Shown: positions 1 through 13,549, counted from the stretch's first letter. The stretch is 64,000 nt of DNA from Phoronis australis (GCA_002633005.1 NMRA01000385.1:65839-129838); one strand, 5' to 3'. Translations and numbers: made by a program. Notes: generated by a model from the letters alone, not told the origin.

Positions 1-856
1 CTGGAAGTATGATTCTGAAAATTGGCATGTATGTTCTTACTATGAAGAGAACGACTGACAATGATTTTCCGATGATTTCAGCAACTGTGGCGCCTCCTAG
101 TGGCAGTTTCTTTGCGCTCATGGCTGATTTAACAAGTGTGTTGATATGATGTTGACAACGGATGGTGACGACTTTCGGACGGATCTGACTACCATTGTGC
201 CCCCTAGTGACAATTTTAGGTTTTTATGTTCACCTCTGTATCTTCAAAGGTGCTCTATGTATTTTCATAAAATTTGGCATATAGGCATGCATCTGTTAGA
301 GAGATTACGTTATCCTCCTGTTTTCAGATGGATTCGATGTAGTGTGCGCCACCTAGTGGTCATGTGTACTGTTGTTGAGTCTTATTTTTGGGCATCCACT
401 CCTTGATCAGCCAAACCATTCTAAGGATGATTTTTGAAATTGGCGTATATGTTCTCAGTGTGAAGAGGACTGTTGGCGATAACGACTTCGTACTGTGGCG
501 TCTCCTAGTGGCAGCTTTGTTTTGGTCTGTGTCCATAGCTGTATCTCCTAAACTCACTGCGGGATCTTTATTAAATTTAGTAATTGTATTTATATGAAGC
601 TAACAGACGACGTCTTACAGGCAGATCTAATGAACGCTGTGCCCCATGATGGCAATTTCATTTTTTCCCTTTTTTCCAGATTTTTATGAAATTTGGTCAA
701 TAGTTCTGTTAAAGAAGCAATGCCATGTTCTAGTTTTCAGATGGATTGAACGCTTTTTTGCCATCTAGTAGCCATTTTTATGAAACAAACAACCCTAGAA
801 GCACACCGTTTGCGGTGCATTTGTGGGCACATTTCAAAGCTCCGCATTGCTCTTGT
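1..856 (+). mobile_element. HINE/Helentron-like non-autonomous element (3' part) with ~150-bp internal repeats
   Basis: Homologous to 3248-3970 and 12245-13549; ends tgtgggcacatt...gcattgctcttgt. Confidence 0.65.
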
Positions 857-1976
857 CTTCACTGGAAGGACAACAGTTGAATTGGATCTTTCATAATATA
901 CAGTAAGCCATATATTTGCGATTTTTACAGACAATTCATAAAGAGAGTTCCTCTGAGGTGGTCTTTTTGTGGTATACCTCGAAATATTACAAAAAATATT
1001 TTGAAAATTCCTTGCTACTCAAAAATCCCTATAGATGAATTTTCCTCATCTCTGTCTGTTTGTTTTCAAGTAATTTCATTTAAACAGCAAAGAAGCAAAC
1101 AGGGACCTGAAGAACTTGTGTCATGGTTTTAGATCCTTTGAAGATGTCTAACTTCATTGGAAGTTAATTTCAATGATTAGATTGTCCATAACCATGGTAC
1201 CAATAGCTCATGATTTTACAACTGGTGGCAAAGTGGAAGCTGAGAATTTGGGTATTTCCATACAATGTTCCAGGGTGAACTTTCATTGTTGAGGTGAAAC
1301 TGGATGTGCTGCTCAGATGGGTGACTTTTCTCCTGTTTTGTTCATGACCAGTTTCCATAGTAAAGGGTGGCTTATGTGACAAAACTCAATGCTATAATAA
1401 TTTATTTTTGTTAATTCGAAATTCTGAAAAAGGTTCCACTTTGCTACTATACATTTGGGTTTTTAATAATATTGTCCTTAGTTTAGTTTTATTGTGTGTT
1501 GCAAGAAACGTACTCTTTTTTATCAGCAATAAAAAGCCTCTCTTGTACTGTTTCAAGCTTAGTAGTTTGAAAGACAACTGCTCAAGAATCACTACAAAAT
1601 GTTTTGGTTGATGGAATTATTCCTTTCAAAAGTGTGATGTTTTTGAAACAAAATTCTCTGTCAAGATGACATTTTCATAGAGACTCCCCTCAAACAGGTT
1701 CCTTTTTCGAATTCATTCTCTTCATGGGTGGGATGGGTATCTTAATTTTTCGATCTGCATTCATCACAAAACAACTGAGTATCTCCTTGCATGATTCAAA
1801 GTAAACTGCCACAGACTCTTACCAAATCATCACTTTGTGTTCTTGAATTGTGTGCCTCAAACATTGAGTCATGCTTCTTGCAGGACGTTTTGACTGTCGG
1901 GACTATGCATGATTCTTTGAGCTTCATGATGTTTTAAGAAATCTGAGCCAATCAAAGTACTTTCAACTGTTTTCAG

Positions 1977-2119
1977 ACAATTCTTGATGCCATTCAAGTG
2001 ACAATCCCTTATGCTATTGAGCAGTTTGAGAAAACTGGCAAACAGATTGTGCAATCCCTAGGTGAACTGATTTCAGCGCCATCTAGTGCTCTGGAAGGAC
2101 TTGGACAAGCTTTCATCAG
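1977..2119 (+). CDS. exon, amphipathic helical region (TILDAIQVTIPYAIEQFEK...)
   Basis: tttcag| acceptor, |gtatgt donor, phase joins 2247. Confidence 0.75.
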
Positions 2120-2246
2120 GTATGTTTAACATTTTCTTGTTTGTGGGGTTGTCATTGAAACCGCCAAAGCACCAACTGGACCATTTTGTACAAGGTATCG
2201 CTTGGCTGCCTTGTTTGCAAGTGTAATTGTTATTTGTCTAACCCAG

Positions 2247-2475
2247 GGTTGCCATGGCAATGTTCATGTTGATGGGTGCCAAGAAACGGGTGGAAATCAA
2301 CTTTCCCATCAAGGGAGGCAACCTGCCCTACTGGATGACGCCTGGTGAGGATCTGCGTGCCCTCAAAACAGACATGGTGTTTGCCACAAAGGAGGTCTCA
2401 AACATGTTAAAAATCTACGCCACACGACCAACACCTCTCAAGGTTGGATATGGTGCTACTGGACTGAAGAGCATG
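2247..2475 (+). CDS. exon (VAMAMFMLMGAKKRVEINFP...LKSM)
   Basis: acccag|, |gtgaga; within ORF 2254..2595. Confidence 0.8.
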
Positions 2476-2877
2476 GTGAGAACAATTAAGTTATTTGTCC
2501 GAAAATTATCATTTTCTCTTTTTATGTTTGGCCTATTCATAAGAAGAAAAAATCAAAGTCCAGTTGGAACAACAAAACTTTGTTCACTTATATAAAAGCA
2601 AAGTGGATATTCTGTAGATATGCAGTTAAATTACTGCAGTATGCTGTAGACTACCCAGAAGTAGTTGGGCAATACTGCAGATTCAAAAAAATGGTTGAGT
2701 ATTAACTTTGTTATTTTTATGAAAAATTATCTAATTCAAGCATAGGCAGATATGATCAATTTTAAGTTAACTTTGTTGACAATTTATCATTTTTGATTCA
2801 TGGTCCAAACTCTTTAATGTCAGTGAAATTGCTTTATTTTCTTCATCTCTATAATAACGTGTTGTTCATTCTTGTAG

Positions 2878-3035
2878 GGTCAACAACAAAAAGAGGTTGG
2901 CTTGAAGTTCATCTCAGCTTTAAGTAACTTGCTGGAACCATTTGAATATCTGTTCAAGCCATTGTTTGACCTGTATAAATCCATCCTGGCTGTCTACTAC
3001 AACATAAAAGACATTATCGACACCATAAAGACATA
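2878..3035 (+). CDS. exon (GQQQKEVGLKFISALSNLLEPF...IKT)
   Basis: ttgtag|, |gtaagt; open amphipathic helical frame. Confidence 0.8.
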
Positions 3036-3247
3036 GTAAGTGCTTGCTGTAACTAATGGTGGTGGTAGTGGCAGTTGTGGTGAGAATGGCGATAATAACG
3101 GCGGCAGTTGCGACAATCATGTTATGTGCCATTGCTACCAAAAATTCAGAAATGAAATTTTGGAAGTGGTTATAAAAAGAAATTGATCTAATTGAAAAAG
3201 TGGCAGAGTGAAAGTTGAATGGTACAAATTTCCCACTTCAGGCTCAT

Positions 3248-3970
3248 TTTTATGTGCCCACATATTTATATGTGGACGCATTATGCCGTCATCTCCGTCC
3301 GGCGTCCGCTGCTCTATCTCCAAAACCCTTTGACCTACGTTCATGAAATTTGGCACATATGTTCCATTCATGAATGGAACGGCATGAGTGAATTTTCAGA
3401 CAGATCCGACTACCGGTGTGCCCCCTAGTGGCAATTTTAGTTTTTTACGCTTACCTTTGTATCTTCAAAAGTCCTGAACGGATTTTCATGAAATTCAATT
3501 TGTAGGGACCTATTAGTGAAATGACGCTATCCTCTTGTTTTCGTATGGATTTGATGTAGTTTGCACCACCTAGTGGCCGTTTTTACTGTTTTCGAGTCTG
3601 TTCTTTTGCATCCACCCCTCTATCAACCAAACCGCTCAAAGGATGATTGTGAAAATTGGCATATATGTGCTTACTATGAAGAGGACGGTTGACGATGATT
3701 TTCCGACAATTTTGACAACTGTGGTGCCTCCTAGTGGCAGTTTTTTTTTTTGCACCTATGGCTGTATCTCCTAAGCCGTTCGCAGGATCTTTACGAAATT
3801 TAGTAAGTACGTGTATATGATGTTAACAACAGATGACTATGACTTTTGGACAGATCCGACTACCGGTGTGCCCCCTAGTGGCAATTTTATTTTTTTACGT
3901 TTACCTTTGTATCTTCAAAAGTCCTCAACGGATTTTCATGAAATTTAATATGTTGGCACCTATTAGTGAG
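3248..3970 (+). mobile_element. HINE/Helentron-like element (5' part), cut off at 'n'
   Basis: Starts in a T-run; tgtgcccaca is complementary to the family's 3' tgtgggcaca; ccgtcc microsatellite; 450-bp periodicity. Confidence 0.65.
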
Positions 3971-4129
3971 NTAGAGTCAGAAAATCATTTAAGATTTAAT
4001 TGCCTTTGTGGTTTCTGGTTTCTCATGAGTGTATAGAAAATCAAGGAATCCTAAATCAGGTAAGCTAGGTTACCATGGTTATGTAAGCCTTACATGCCAA
4101 CTGTTCCACTTTTGGCGGGAGTGTCGCGC

Positions 4130-5410
4130 ATTTTGCCACTTCATCCTCTGGAGATTGCCGGCAATGGTAACACGTTGAATACTTATCGTAATAAGAACCC
4201 AATTTTCATTGGATCCTTCTTCCGCAATTCACTCCACATTAATTTCCCCTCTGGCAGTTTCCATCTTGTCTAAGCACATTTTGTTGCCTGAGTTGAACTG
4301 CTGTGGTCCTTTTAGCATCCTCTTCAACCCTCCTGTCATCTTCCTGGACCATCTCCTCTCTCTGTACTTCTTTTGAACTACCTATCCACGGTTGAAAATG
4401 GTAGGCTCCCAGACGTTGGCGCAGAGCACAGGTGTCTCCAGTTATGTTTCTGATCGTCAACATGTATTTCTTTTCTGCTTGATTCACAGTACTCGCTGGC
4501 CATTTTCTTGCCACAATTCCTGCCTCCCTTACCATAACATCCCTTGAACTGTTAACTGTTTGGACAAGTCTGCACTTAGCCACCTTGAACTCCTCTAATG
4601 AAGATGGCAAAGGTAGTATCTTTGCTGTTCAATTGTACAGAGGGCAAAGTGAAACGTGGAAGAACATGGCCTAGCCATCTTCTCAATGTTTTGTTCACTT
4701 TTTGCTTCATCCCTTCCACAGCAGGGACTGAAATTTTGTAGGGCATAAATCCCCTCAATAATTTGACAACTGGCCATGTTGGTAGATGTATGGCTTGAAT
4801 TTTCTTGGTAGTCCACTTTTCTCTTTTCGCTGGAGCCACTGCTTAGGCCAAGTTTCTATCTGTAAGATGTTATGATCGCTGAGTAGGTCGTCGTACCATT
4901 TGCCAATATACTTGATTGTTCCCCACAATCGACGGTATCTCTTCACCATGAATAACTGGTCTTAATCCATTGACAATCTTTCCTACCCTGATGTTCATGC
5001 ATGCTTTGTGATTCTCTTGGTTTAAAAATCATCTTACCCCAGTTTGCTACTTCTTCAAGTGCCATTAATTTTGCACGGGTCTCACTGTTGTAACTGTAAG
5101 GACGTCCATATAAGCTCTGATCACAGGTGCCGAGATTCGATCCTGACTCCAGTCTGGGGCCTCTTCTCTGCCTTTTGCAAGCCTCTGTCAATAAACTCAT
5201 CCCCATGATGAAAAGGGCTGGAGAGATCGTACAACCCACCACAATCCCTCATTTGATACTGATCCAGTCTGTAATTGTGGTTCCCTTAAAAAGTAAACCT
5301 CAGTTTGATTCCTGACCACTGAAATAATCGCTAATCATTCTCTGGATTTTGTCTGGTAGCTAGTAATAATTCACTTCCATGTCAATGAGCTGATGAGGAA
5401 TTGACCTCAA
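4130..5410 (-). mobile_element. Decayed R2/Hero-type non-LTR retrotransposon RT fragment
   Basis: Frameshifted ORFs with GCTISPALFIMGM, KYIGKWY, SGLPRKFKPYIYQHG, LRRWLG, SSLEEFKVAKCR. Confidence 0.85.
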
Positions 5411-6156
5411 AGAATCTATTGATAGCTTTTTGTAAAACCTGGCTCAGAGATGTGTGACATCAGTGAGCTGGTGTCATTAAATTATGAGCCAAATTCACCC
5501 ATCATAGTGCGTCCTAGTTACCATTTTGTTCTTGAAAAGTTTTTTTTTTCTGTATTAACACAAAAAATATTACTGTAAACTGCCCCTTTAACCGTCACCA
5601 ATAAAGCAAAATAAAAGATGTGGAGAATTTGGTAGGATGCCCACTGCATGCTTTTCATAATTGACAAGTTGTTTTATTTCTCTGTTGAAAGCCTTGAAAA
5701 ACTATATTTCAATAAAACTTCAATGAGTTGATGTTATCCTTTGAGATACCAGCAATGTTTAGTTATTTGTCCCTTCTATACCTAGCAGAAGTGGTTAAAT
5801 TGTATGTTATTAGGCTGTGGAAGCAGTCGTAGAAGCATACAATGGCCACATGTCAACACTTTGGTGCTACAGCTACCCATCGCTATAAAATTGGTTAAGT
5901 AAGCCTTATTGTACCTTACCTTTACCCCTAAAAATGTATCATTTACGATGCACTGTGGACGCATGTCAGTGACCCAGTGTTGCTCTTGTTTAAGCCTTCT
6001 GCATTAATGTATTGGGACTTTCCAATGCTAGTGATGTCTTACTGTGGGTCAATGTGAGCTGCAACTCCAATTATGGTAGAAATTTGAAAAATTTGACACA
6101 GCACATTTTCCTTCTGCCGGGACTAATGAGAATTCATGCAGAACTGTGGCATTCAG

Positions 6157-6265
6157 GGCAATACTCAATTAGAGGGTCCTGCATTTTGAGAACCAGTTTG
6201 GTACCTGTTATTCAATGGTGAAAACTGGTTCTCAAAATGTGGACCCATGTTACTGATTATTTACC
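6157..6265. mobile_element. ~110-bp palindromic MITE
   Basis: cattttgagaaccagttt...aaactggttctcaaaatg; second copy at 48509-48617. Confidence 0.6.
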
Positions 6266-6757
6266 AAATTGGATATTTTATGTAGCCCCGTGGAGGCAGT
6301 GTGGTCTTGGTTCAAACCTGACTGGACCATTTTGATAGATCCTGCTTGATATTTCACTGAACTTATGTTATCGTCACTGCCGGGTGGTGTTGCTGTCATT
6401 TTGGTGCCATTGCAGTGCTGGTTGCATTTTCCTTGTCGTTTCCTGTGTCATCAGTGCTGTCATGGGTGTCATCATCTTGGGTGTTGTTGTCTTTGTTGTA
6501 GCTGTCACTTTCTTCGGTTGATTTTGTCTAGTGCCGCACCTCAGAATTCTGCAACTTTTATTTTGTTTTACTTATGTATGTGGATGTATCGTATTTTCAC
6601 AATTTTACTCAATATTCACACTTGTGTCATCTAAACAAATATAAGATTGAAGTCACTGTGAACATGCGGTCCTTTATTTAGAATACAGAACTTTATTTCT
6701 TAATCACAAATTCAGTTGGGTTGCACGCTAAATGACTGAATTATTGTGATTTTGTAG

Positions 6758-6885
6758 GTTGTCGCTCCAGTGACTGGTGTTTATTACTATGAAAAACTTC
6801 CTCGTCAAAGAATTCGAATTGAACCTACGAAAGGCAGCCTGAAGAAATATGTCATCTTTTTGTACAACGTGAAGTATCTCAGAAC
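6758..6885 (+). CDS. exon, M23/LECT2-like part (VVAPVTG...FLYNVKYLR)
   Basis: ttgtag|, |gtatgt; VxAPxxG motif. Confidence 0.8.
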
Positions 6886-8832
6886 GTATGTACTGACAAG
6901 TGTTTCAGAATCATTTAAAACTTAGTGAGGGAATGTTCACAAGTAATAACCTTAATCATGAGTGAACAAACCTCATGTTTTTCCCCAACAGCTCTCTCTC
7001 TCTCTCTCCCAAAGCATATAAAAACAACAATATTTAATAGTTTGTGTTTGAATCCAAGACCTGTAAAAACTATAAATGTGCCTGAAAGTAAATTCCAAGT
7101 GTTGCCTTGGGCAGTGACATGGTATAGGAGGGGTAGGTGTGTACATGAGCATGGTCGTTATCCCAAATGGAGTTTTCGGTGCTAGACATAAGACTGCAAT
7201 AGACATGTGATATTCTTGTGCGACAATCTCCATTTGGGCTTGATGATGTGTATATCATTACCACCATCCCTATTTAGCCATCCTGAATTATTATGTTTCT
7301 CTAATTGGCCTGCTTCAAGTTTGAGCAATGTTGTTTACAGTCTAGTGTAAAAAAGTCTACGGTGTGGTCAACTGACAACCCGGGGAGTGAAAAATTGGCA
7401 GGAAGGGGGTGAACGAAGAGAAGAATATAAAGTTTGCTAACCAAAACTTTGCATCTTCTCGGTATGGAACATCCCGTTTAGGAAATGTCGAGCGGGGTAC
7501 ATGTATCGGAACAAGAGAATATTGGTTCTCAGAAAATATCGTAAAGCGCTGGTTCATTTATAACCAGCAGAGGTCTAAGTTATGTATCAAATAAACACCC
7601 AGTCGCTTAATATAACAAACTGATGCAGTGTCTTTTACGTAGGACTGGTGCTGCTCTCTTTTGATTTGCAGCTTTGGAGTGGTGCGCATGCCGAAGTATA
7701 CATTACCAAGCAACATGTGATTTGAGATATGACTTACCCAGGCATGTGCGTGCAATCAGCCCCAGAAACAAGTGCTTGAGAATTTCTCTACTGCTCTGCT
7801 GAAAGACAATTAAATTAAGTCGTGGCCTCATGGCCATTGTTTGACTATTAATATTTTTTTTCATTTTCACTTTAGCTGTCTTTTGAAATAAAAATAAGAT
7901 GCAAATTGAAAGGGTCTGTTACTTGACAACATTTCCAAATTGCGATCGACTTCGGGACATTGCACGCAAGCATCGGGACATGACCATAGGCAATGCCGCA
8001 GTATGATATTGTCTTGGAGATATTGTAATTGGATAATCAGGACTTATTACGTGAAAAATAAATGTGTTTTTCTACCACAAAGTTTTGGAAAGTTGATGGT
8101 TTAAGAATAGAAAAAACATTGCTGTTTTGTGAATTACGCTGTGGACCGACAGTTTCTTCAGCTCATCCAAAAATTTGAATGATTTGCCGAAAACACTCGC
8201 CAATGAAACACCCCAAAGATCAATTCTGCATCATCTCGTGTTCTCGCGACCGAGAGGGTTGTTCTCTGTTGGTGTTCTTTAAGAACTTGATTTGGCAATA
8301 ACCAATTAACATCCGAATTTGCTGAAGTGCATGGCTTTATGTGTGCCAGATATCTGCTGAGACATGTAAAAACTTGGCAAGCATGTTGAAAATTCCAAGT
8401 CGCATGTTGCGAATTGACATGAGCTGGCCAAAATCTCATCTCGCGTTATGTTGAAGGCTAGTATTTTGTTTTTGCCTGGTTGGATCTTGGTGACATTTCT
8501 ATGATTGGTTGTTTCATCATGTTTTTCGATGTGAAAAAGTAATTAAAAATCTTGACTTCAGTAATTTGACATCACCATCCTCACAGTTTCAGAGGCTTAA
8601 ACTTTGTTAGCCGCAAGCCCTCAATCCTCCCCAACCAGTGGTTTGTTCGCTTGTGAAAATGGTGATGATTGTGAAAGAGTCCAATTCAAGTAACAAGACA
8701 TATTCTTACACCTAATTCAACTTCTATAATCTTAAACCTTGATTTCAGTCTTTAATACAGCACTGCAGAAATATTCAATGTTCATTGTATATTAAACAGT
8801 TTTTAGATGGCCTGCTTTCTGTTATCAAACAG

Positions 8833-9064
8833 GGCAGTTACAGTAAACGGGAAGCCAGCAAAGGCTGGTGAGCAAATTGGAACGATGCAAGCATCACCTG
8901 GTGACAGGCAAAAGAACTTCATGTTTGTCAGTGTGCGCAAGGTGCCCAAAAGTTATCGCAGAATGGGTTTTTACCTGAAAGTGAAAGAGCTAAAGAAGGA
9001 TGGCGAATGGGTGGACCCTACTAAATACACAGAGAGAAATTCACTCTTTCCCAGTTGGGTGCAG
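8833..9064 (+). CDS. exon, M23/LECT2-like part (KAGEQIG...VDPTKY...WVQ)
   Basis: aaacag|, |gtgagg; ORF 8807..9109. Confidence 0.85.
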
Positions 9065-9545
9065 GTGAGGAATTGTGGCAGTTCACTTAGTGAGGATCCT
9101 GGAATGTGAAGTGACCGCTTTCTCTCAGGAGACACAGCGAGAAAATTTCTGGCCTTATGGGACAGAAACATTGTGTTGACGTGCAGTGTTCTGTAATTTA
9201 ACAGTTTCGTTGACCAATATCACTCCATTGGTGTTCTTTTTGCAAGAGTGCACTTACAAGTTTACAATAGTTTCTATGAAACACCCCCTTTTTTGTCCAG
9301 TGATATGTATTTCTAATTTCTCCTTGGGGTTGACTAATTCTATCTTTGGCACCATGCAGACATTACTATATTCACCGGTGATGCCTGGTGGTAAAGGCAT
9401 GTTTTACTTCCACCAAATACGTCGTCTGCTCATAAACTAGAAGTTGAGTTAAGCATTGAAAGAAAGAATCAAAGATACATATCCCTTTTCTATGACCTAT
9501 GGTGTAATCTGGTGGCGAAACCCTCTGTTTTGTCGCATCTTCCAG

Positions 9546-9676
9546 GAATGCAATGACCGCATAGTCACACACCTGGGCAAGCGGGCAGATTCTGGTGCAT
9601 TTGCAGACAAGAATGATAACCAAGCCAAGACATTGAAGCGAGACATGACAAGAAGTCAAGGAGAATTCATGAACAG
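9546..9676 (+). CDS. exon (ECNDRIVTHLGKR...)
   Basis: ttccag|, |gttaga; phase-compatible. Confidence 0.8.
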
Positions 9677-9791
9677 GTTAGAACTGTGCTTTGTTCTGTA
9701 GATGCAAAAATTCTATGTGTAAAGGTAGTATTTTTAGATGATTTGCTGTTAATGCAAGACGATATCTCAAGAGTTCCAATTGTTTTGATTT

Positions 9792-10228
9792 CTGTGGCCA
9801 GTTGCATGAAGCAGTCCTAAATAGGGACTCCACTACATTCCCTAAATATTGTGCATATTTGTGGGATTGCGAAAACACTGATCCCTTTCTAAATGATGTT
9901 TGAGTATAATTACTAAGTCAATTTTTGGATTTGATACAAATCGAGAGTGATTTCTATGCTGAATTCTCAATATTATTGAAAATAAATAGGGATCTTTTCA
10001 TGCAACGCCCCTAATTTAAGTACTCAGTCCCTACAGTTTTAAGTAAATTAAAGGATCAGTCTTTGGTTATATTATCAGAAAATGCCATTACTCAAAAGGG
10101 AGCTCATGATAAAGATAAAATGATAGAAAAATATTATATCTGTGCCTAAAGAAAGAAAGAAATACGAAAAAGATTTATGGAACTTAGTTGAGTCCCTGTT
10201 TAGGACTCTTTGATGCACCCAGACACTG
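9792..10228. mobile_element. ~440-bp MITE with imperfect TIRs
   Basis: ctgtggccagttgcatgaa...tgatgcacccagacactg; homologous to the split copy at 60818-62481. Confidence 0.55.
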
Positions 10229-10743
10229 TCTCTTCCATCACAATGCATTTTGCATGGGAAGCACACCATAGGGGTCTGGGGCTATAGCCCCCCCCCCACT
10301 TTTTGGTGGTGTGCCATCCATGTCATGATGTGTACCTGAGTGTACAGTCTGTTCTCCAGCTGTGTCACCTGATTGGAATACTGTGAACTTTTCTCTTGAG
10401 AGTGGTTTAGAGACAATAAACCGAAATGTCGATCACTATGTTGTTGTTTGCATTATATGCACTGATTTTAAAGTTCATACTGATATTTCAAGAAAGTTTG
10501 CATGATTATGCATTTTTGCAAAGCTCTGGCAACTGTGGCCTGCAAATCAGTACTGTGGCATTCTGGGTCAACTGCATTTTGAAGAATTATTAGTTTTATG
10601 CTCTGAACTCTGAGAATTCGAAAGGTATTAATTACATGCAAATTGATGATTTTGCTATGTAAAAATTTCATGTTTTTTGTCCCCTAAAACATTATTGATT
10701 GTTTTTTTTAAATACGGTCTGACCTTTGGTTCAATTTGTGCAG

Positions 10744-10869
10744 GTATCGAGCCCCTGAGCCACCTTACCGACCTGCCAATGTGGATATGAGGGCACAGCG
10801 CCCTCTGTCAGAACAACTGAAAGGTGTCATTGATTTTGTCAATGATGTCAAGGCGTTACTTGGAGGAGA
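10744..10869 (+). CDS. exon (YRAPEPPYRP...KALLGG)
   Basis: tgcag|, |gtaagt; phase-compatible. Confidence 0.8.
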
Positions 10870-11556
10870 GTAAGTTAAGCTATGTGTAGGTGGTGATTTC
10901 CAAGCATTTTTCAAATTATTGAATATCAAGTTTGAGGGATTCAAATTTTTAAGGGTAATTTATATCCTTGATTTTTGTGCTTTCAAAGAAGTTTGTAAAA
11001 CTTGAAGTGGATCAAATGGTTTGTATCCAGTAGCATACAGAGTTTTGGTCATGCCCGGGCAGATTTTTTATTGGATGCTCCTTTCTCTACTCAAATGCAT
11101 GGACTCTAGTACTAAGAAAAGTGAAAATATGAAACATAAAATAGAAACTTTATACAATTTAACTACAAATCTGTCACAATTTCAAAAAGTGTATTCACAG
11201 TGATTGGATGCCCCCCCCCCCAAATGGATGCCCGGTGCCGTTGGGACGTCGCCCCCTTCTGCATTATGTATCCTATCCTCTTGCTGACCATATCATTAGT
11301 TTGTCTGATTTTGTGTGATGGCTGCAATAGTGTGAAAACTGAAAATGATAGTTATCATTTCTGTGTTTTACTTACCTTTAATTGATGAATATTAGTTGGA
11401 ATTTCAAGAGAGTAAAAGTTTCTTTTGTATGGAAATTTATCACAAATAAATTTGTGTTTGATATGTGAAGATACTGCATATATTGCTTCATGTCACTCAT
11501 TCATTTTTGTTGGAATCAATGACAAAATGGCTGTTCTGTTATAATGTGTTATCCAG

Positions 11557-11702
11557 CACATCGAAGATTTGGAAAATTGCTGAAAGATTTGATGTCGGTC
11601 ACTACACACTACGATTTGTTGTGGATCTGTTCAAGAAGAAAAAACTTGTGGACAGAGTGGATGCCCTGACCATTGTGATCAAGAAACTGCAAGCTTGTGC
11701 TG
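11557..11702 (+). CDS. exon (TSKIWKIAERFD...KLQACA)
   Basis: atccag|, |gtgagc. Confidence 0.8.
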
Positions 11703-12244
11703 GTGAGCTAATTTATCATCTTTGACCCATGTGATTGATTTCTCGTACACATGACGAATTACAAGAAATCCATGTGTTGTGTAGTACAACAGTGTGACCA
11801 ATGGTTTTACAATGTGCCGATTGAAGTTAAACATCAAATTTTCATTTTTTAATTGAAGATTACATTATGAAAAATTATGCTTTTGTGATAAAAGGTAATT
11901 TTTCATCACTAATAAAAACAGTTTCATAAAATTTAATGTTACTTATTAATCTCAAATCCTCAGTTGCTGCAAGTTTGTAAACATGATCCCTGAAAAGTCA
12001 GGGTTAACTTTGGAAGCTGAATGACTTTTGTTGTTTATATTGGTTCACATATTAGGTCTTGTTTATTTACCACAACTGGAGTTTAATATTGACAGTCAAT
12101 TATTTTTCATATATCAATGATAATTCTCTCTTACGGACTTTTTGGTAAAATTTAATTTCTGATGCAACTGCGATACTAATTCATCAGTCAACTAGGAGAA
12201 GAAAATAAAAACTATTACTTTGTAGAAAATTAAAAATCTCAGTG

Positions 12245-13549
12245 CATATTGCCGTCATCTTTGTCTGGGTGTCTATCATCAACTAGTGGCTATTTTTAAA
12301 AATTTAGTTTCGAGTTCGTTTTTGGTATCCAGGTCTCTATCTGCCGAACTGCTGAAAGGATGATTATAGAAATTTCAAATGTGTTTCTGATAAGAAGATG
12401 GTGGTAGACGTTTATTTTTGGATGGGTTTATCTACTCTGGCTCCCTCAGGTGATGATTTTGTGTTTTTGTGTCTGCGTCACCATAATCATTTCCAGAATC
12501 TTTATGAAATTTGGCAGATGTGTGCCCATAGAACTGTCAACAAATGGCGACAAGTTTTTGGCCAATCGGACTGCTGCTGAGTCTCCTGTTAGTTTGTTTA
12601 CACCTGTATCTGTATCTTCCAAGTTCACTGAACAGATGTAGCAAATAGGTGTCTATTAAAGAGACAAAAATACCTTGAAGTTGTCAGATGGATTTTACGT
12701 ACTTTGTGACATCTAGTGGTCAATTTTCTATTCTGATTCCTTTTTTGTTGTCCTTATCGGTGGTTGCCAAACCTCTCTGTGTTCCAGCACAATGAGAAGG
12801 GCATGCCTGAGGGTGATTTTTTGACGGGTTTGACTACTTTGGTAACGTTTACTGCTAATGTTCGTTTTTACATCCATGGCTATAGCTCCTCTGTAATTCA
12901 CAGCACCTTCATTAAATCTTGCAAGTATTTTCCAATAAATGTGGCAACAGCTGCCCATGACTTTGGATAGATGCGACTACATTATTTTAGTTTTTAGATT
13001 TGTGTCTGTATGTTCAGAGTTCCTCGACTGCTTTTCATGAAGTTTGGCTAACAAGTTCCTACTTTGAAGATGACAGCAACTTCCCATGGTGTGAAATAGA
13101 CAAATACAGTGCTTTGTAGTGACCATTTTATTATTTTTCATTTTTTATCGTCTGCCTCTGTGTCCACCCAGTGGCTCGGGGGATCATCATGAAAATTGTT
13201 AGATGTGTTTCAACTGACAAGAGCACAGCTGATATGGACTTTGAGATATGTTCAAGTCTTGTGGCATCTTTCTGTGTACCTTCGACTGTATCTCTCATAC
13301 TGTTGGAAATTTGACAGGTATATTACCTGTTAAATTGACAATAGATAATCGAATCTCAGACTTCTGTTTTGTCTTCTGATGGCAATTTTGTTTTTCATGT
13401 TTGCCTCGGTATCATGGATTTCCATGAATTTTCTTAAGTAAACAACAATTTTTGGAAAGGTCTGACATATTCTGCACCATCGTGAATGACCATTTTTGCC
13501 GTTTGCGGTGCAGTCATGGGCACATTTCAACGCTCTGCATTGTTCTCGT
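12245..13549 (+). mobile_element. Diverged HINE/Helentron-like element, same family as 1-856
   Basis: Shared start gccgtcatct and 3' end ccgtttgcggtgca...gggcacatttcaa. Confidence 0.6.

Noticed and set aside
2076-2090. CTCF-like motif gcgccatctagtgc
   Set aside because: Inside a coding exon (SAPSS) and imperfect; probably coincidental
5814-5898. Candidate bridging exon between 3035 and 6758
   Set aside because: No stop-free frame satisfies both phases
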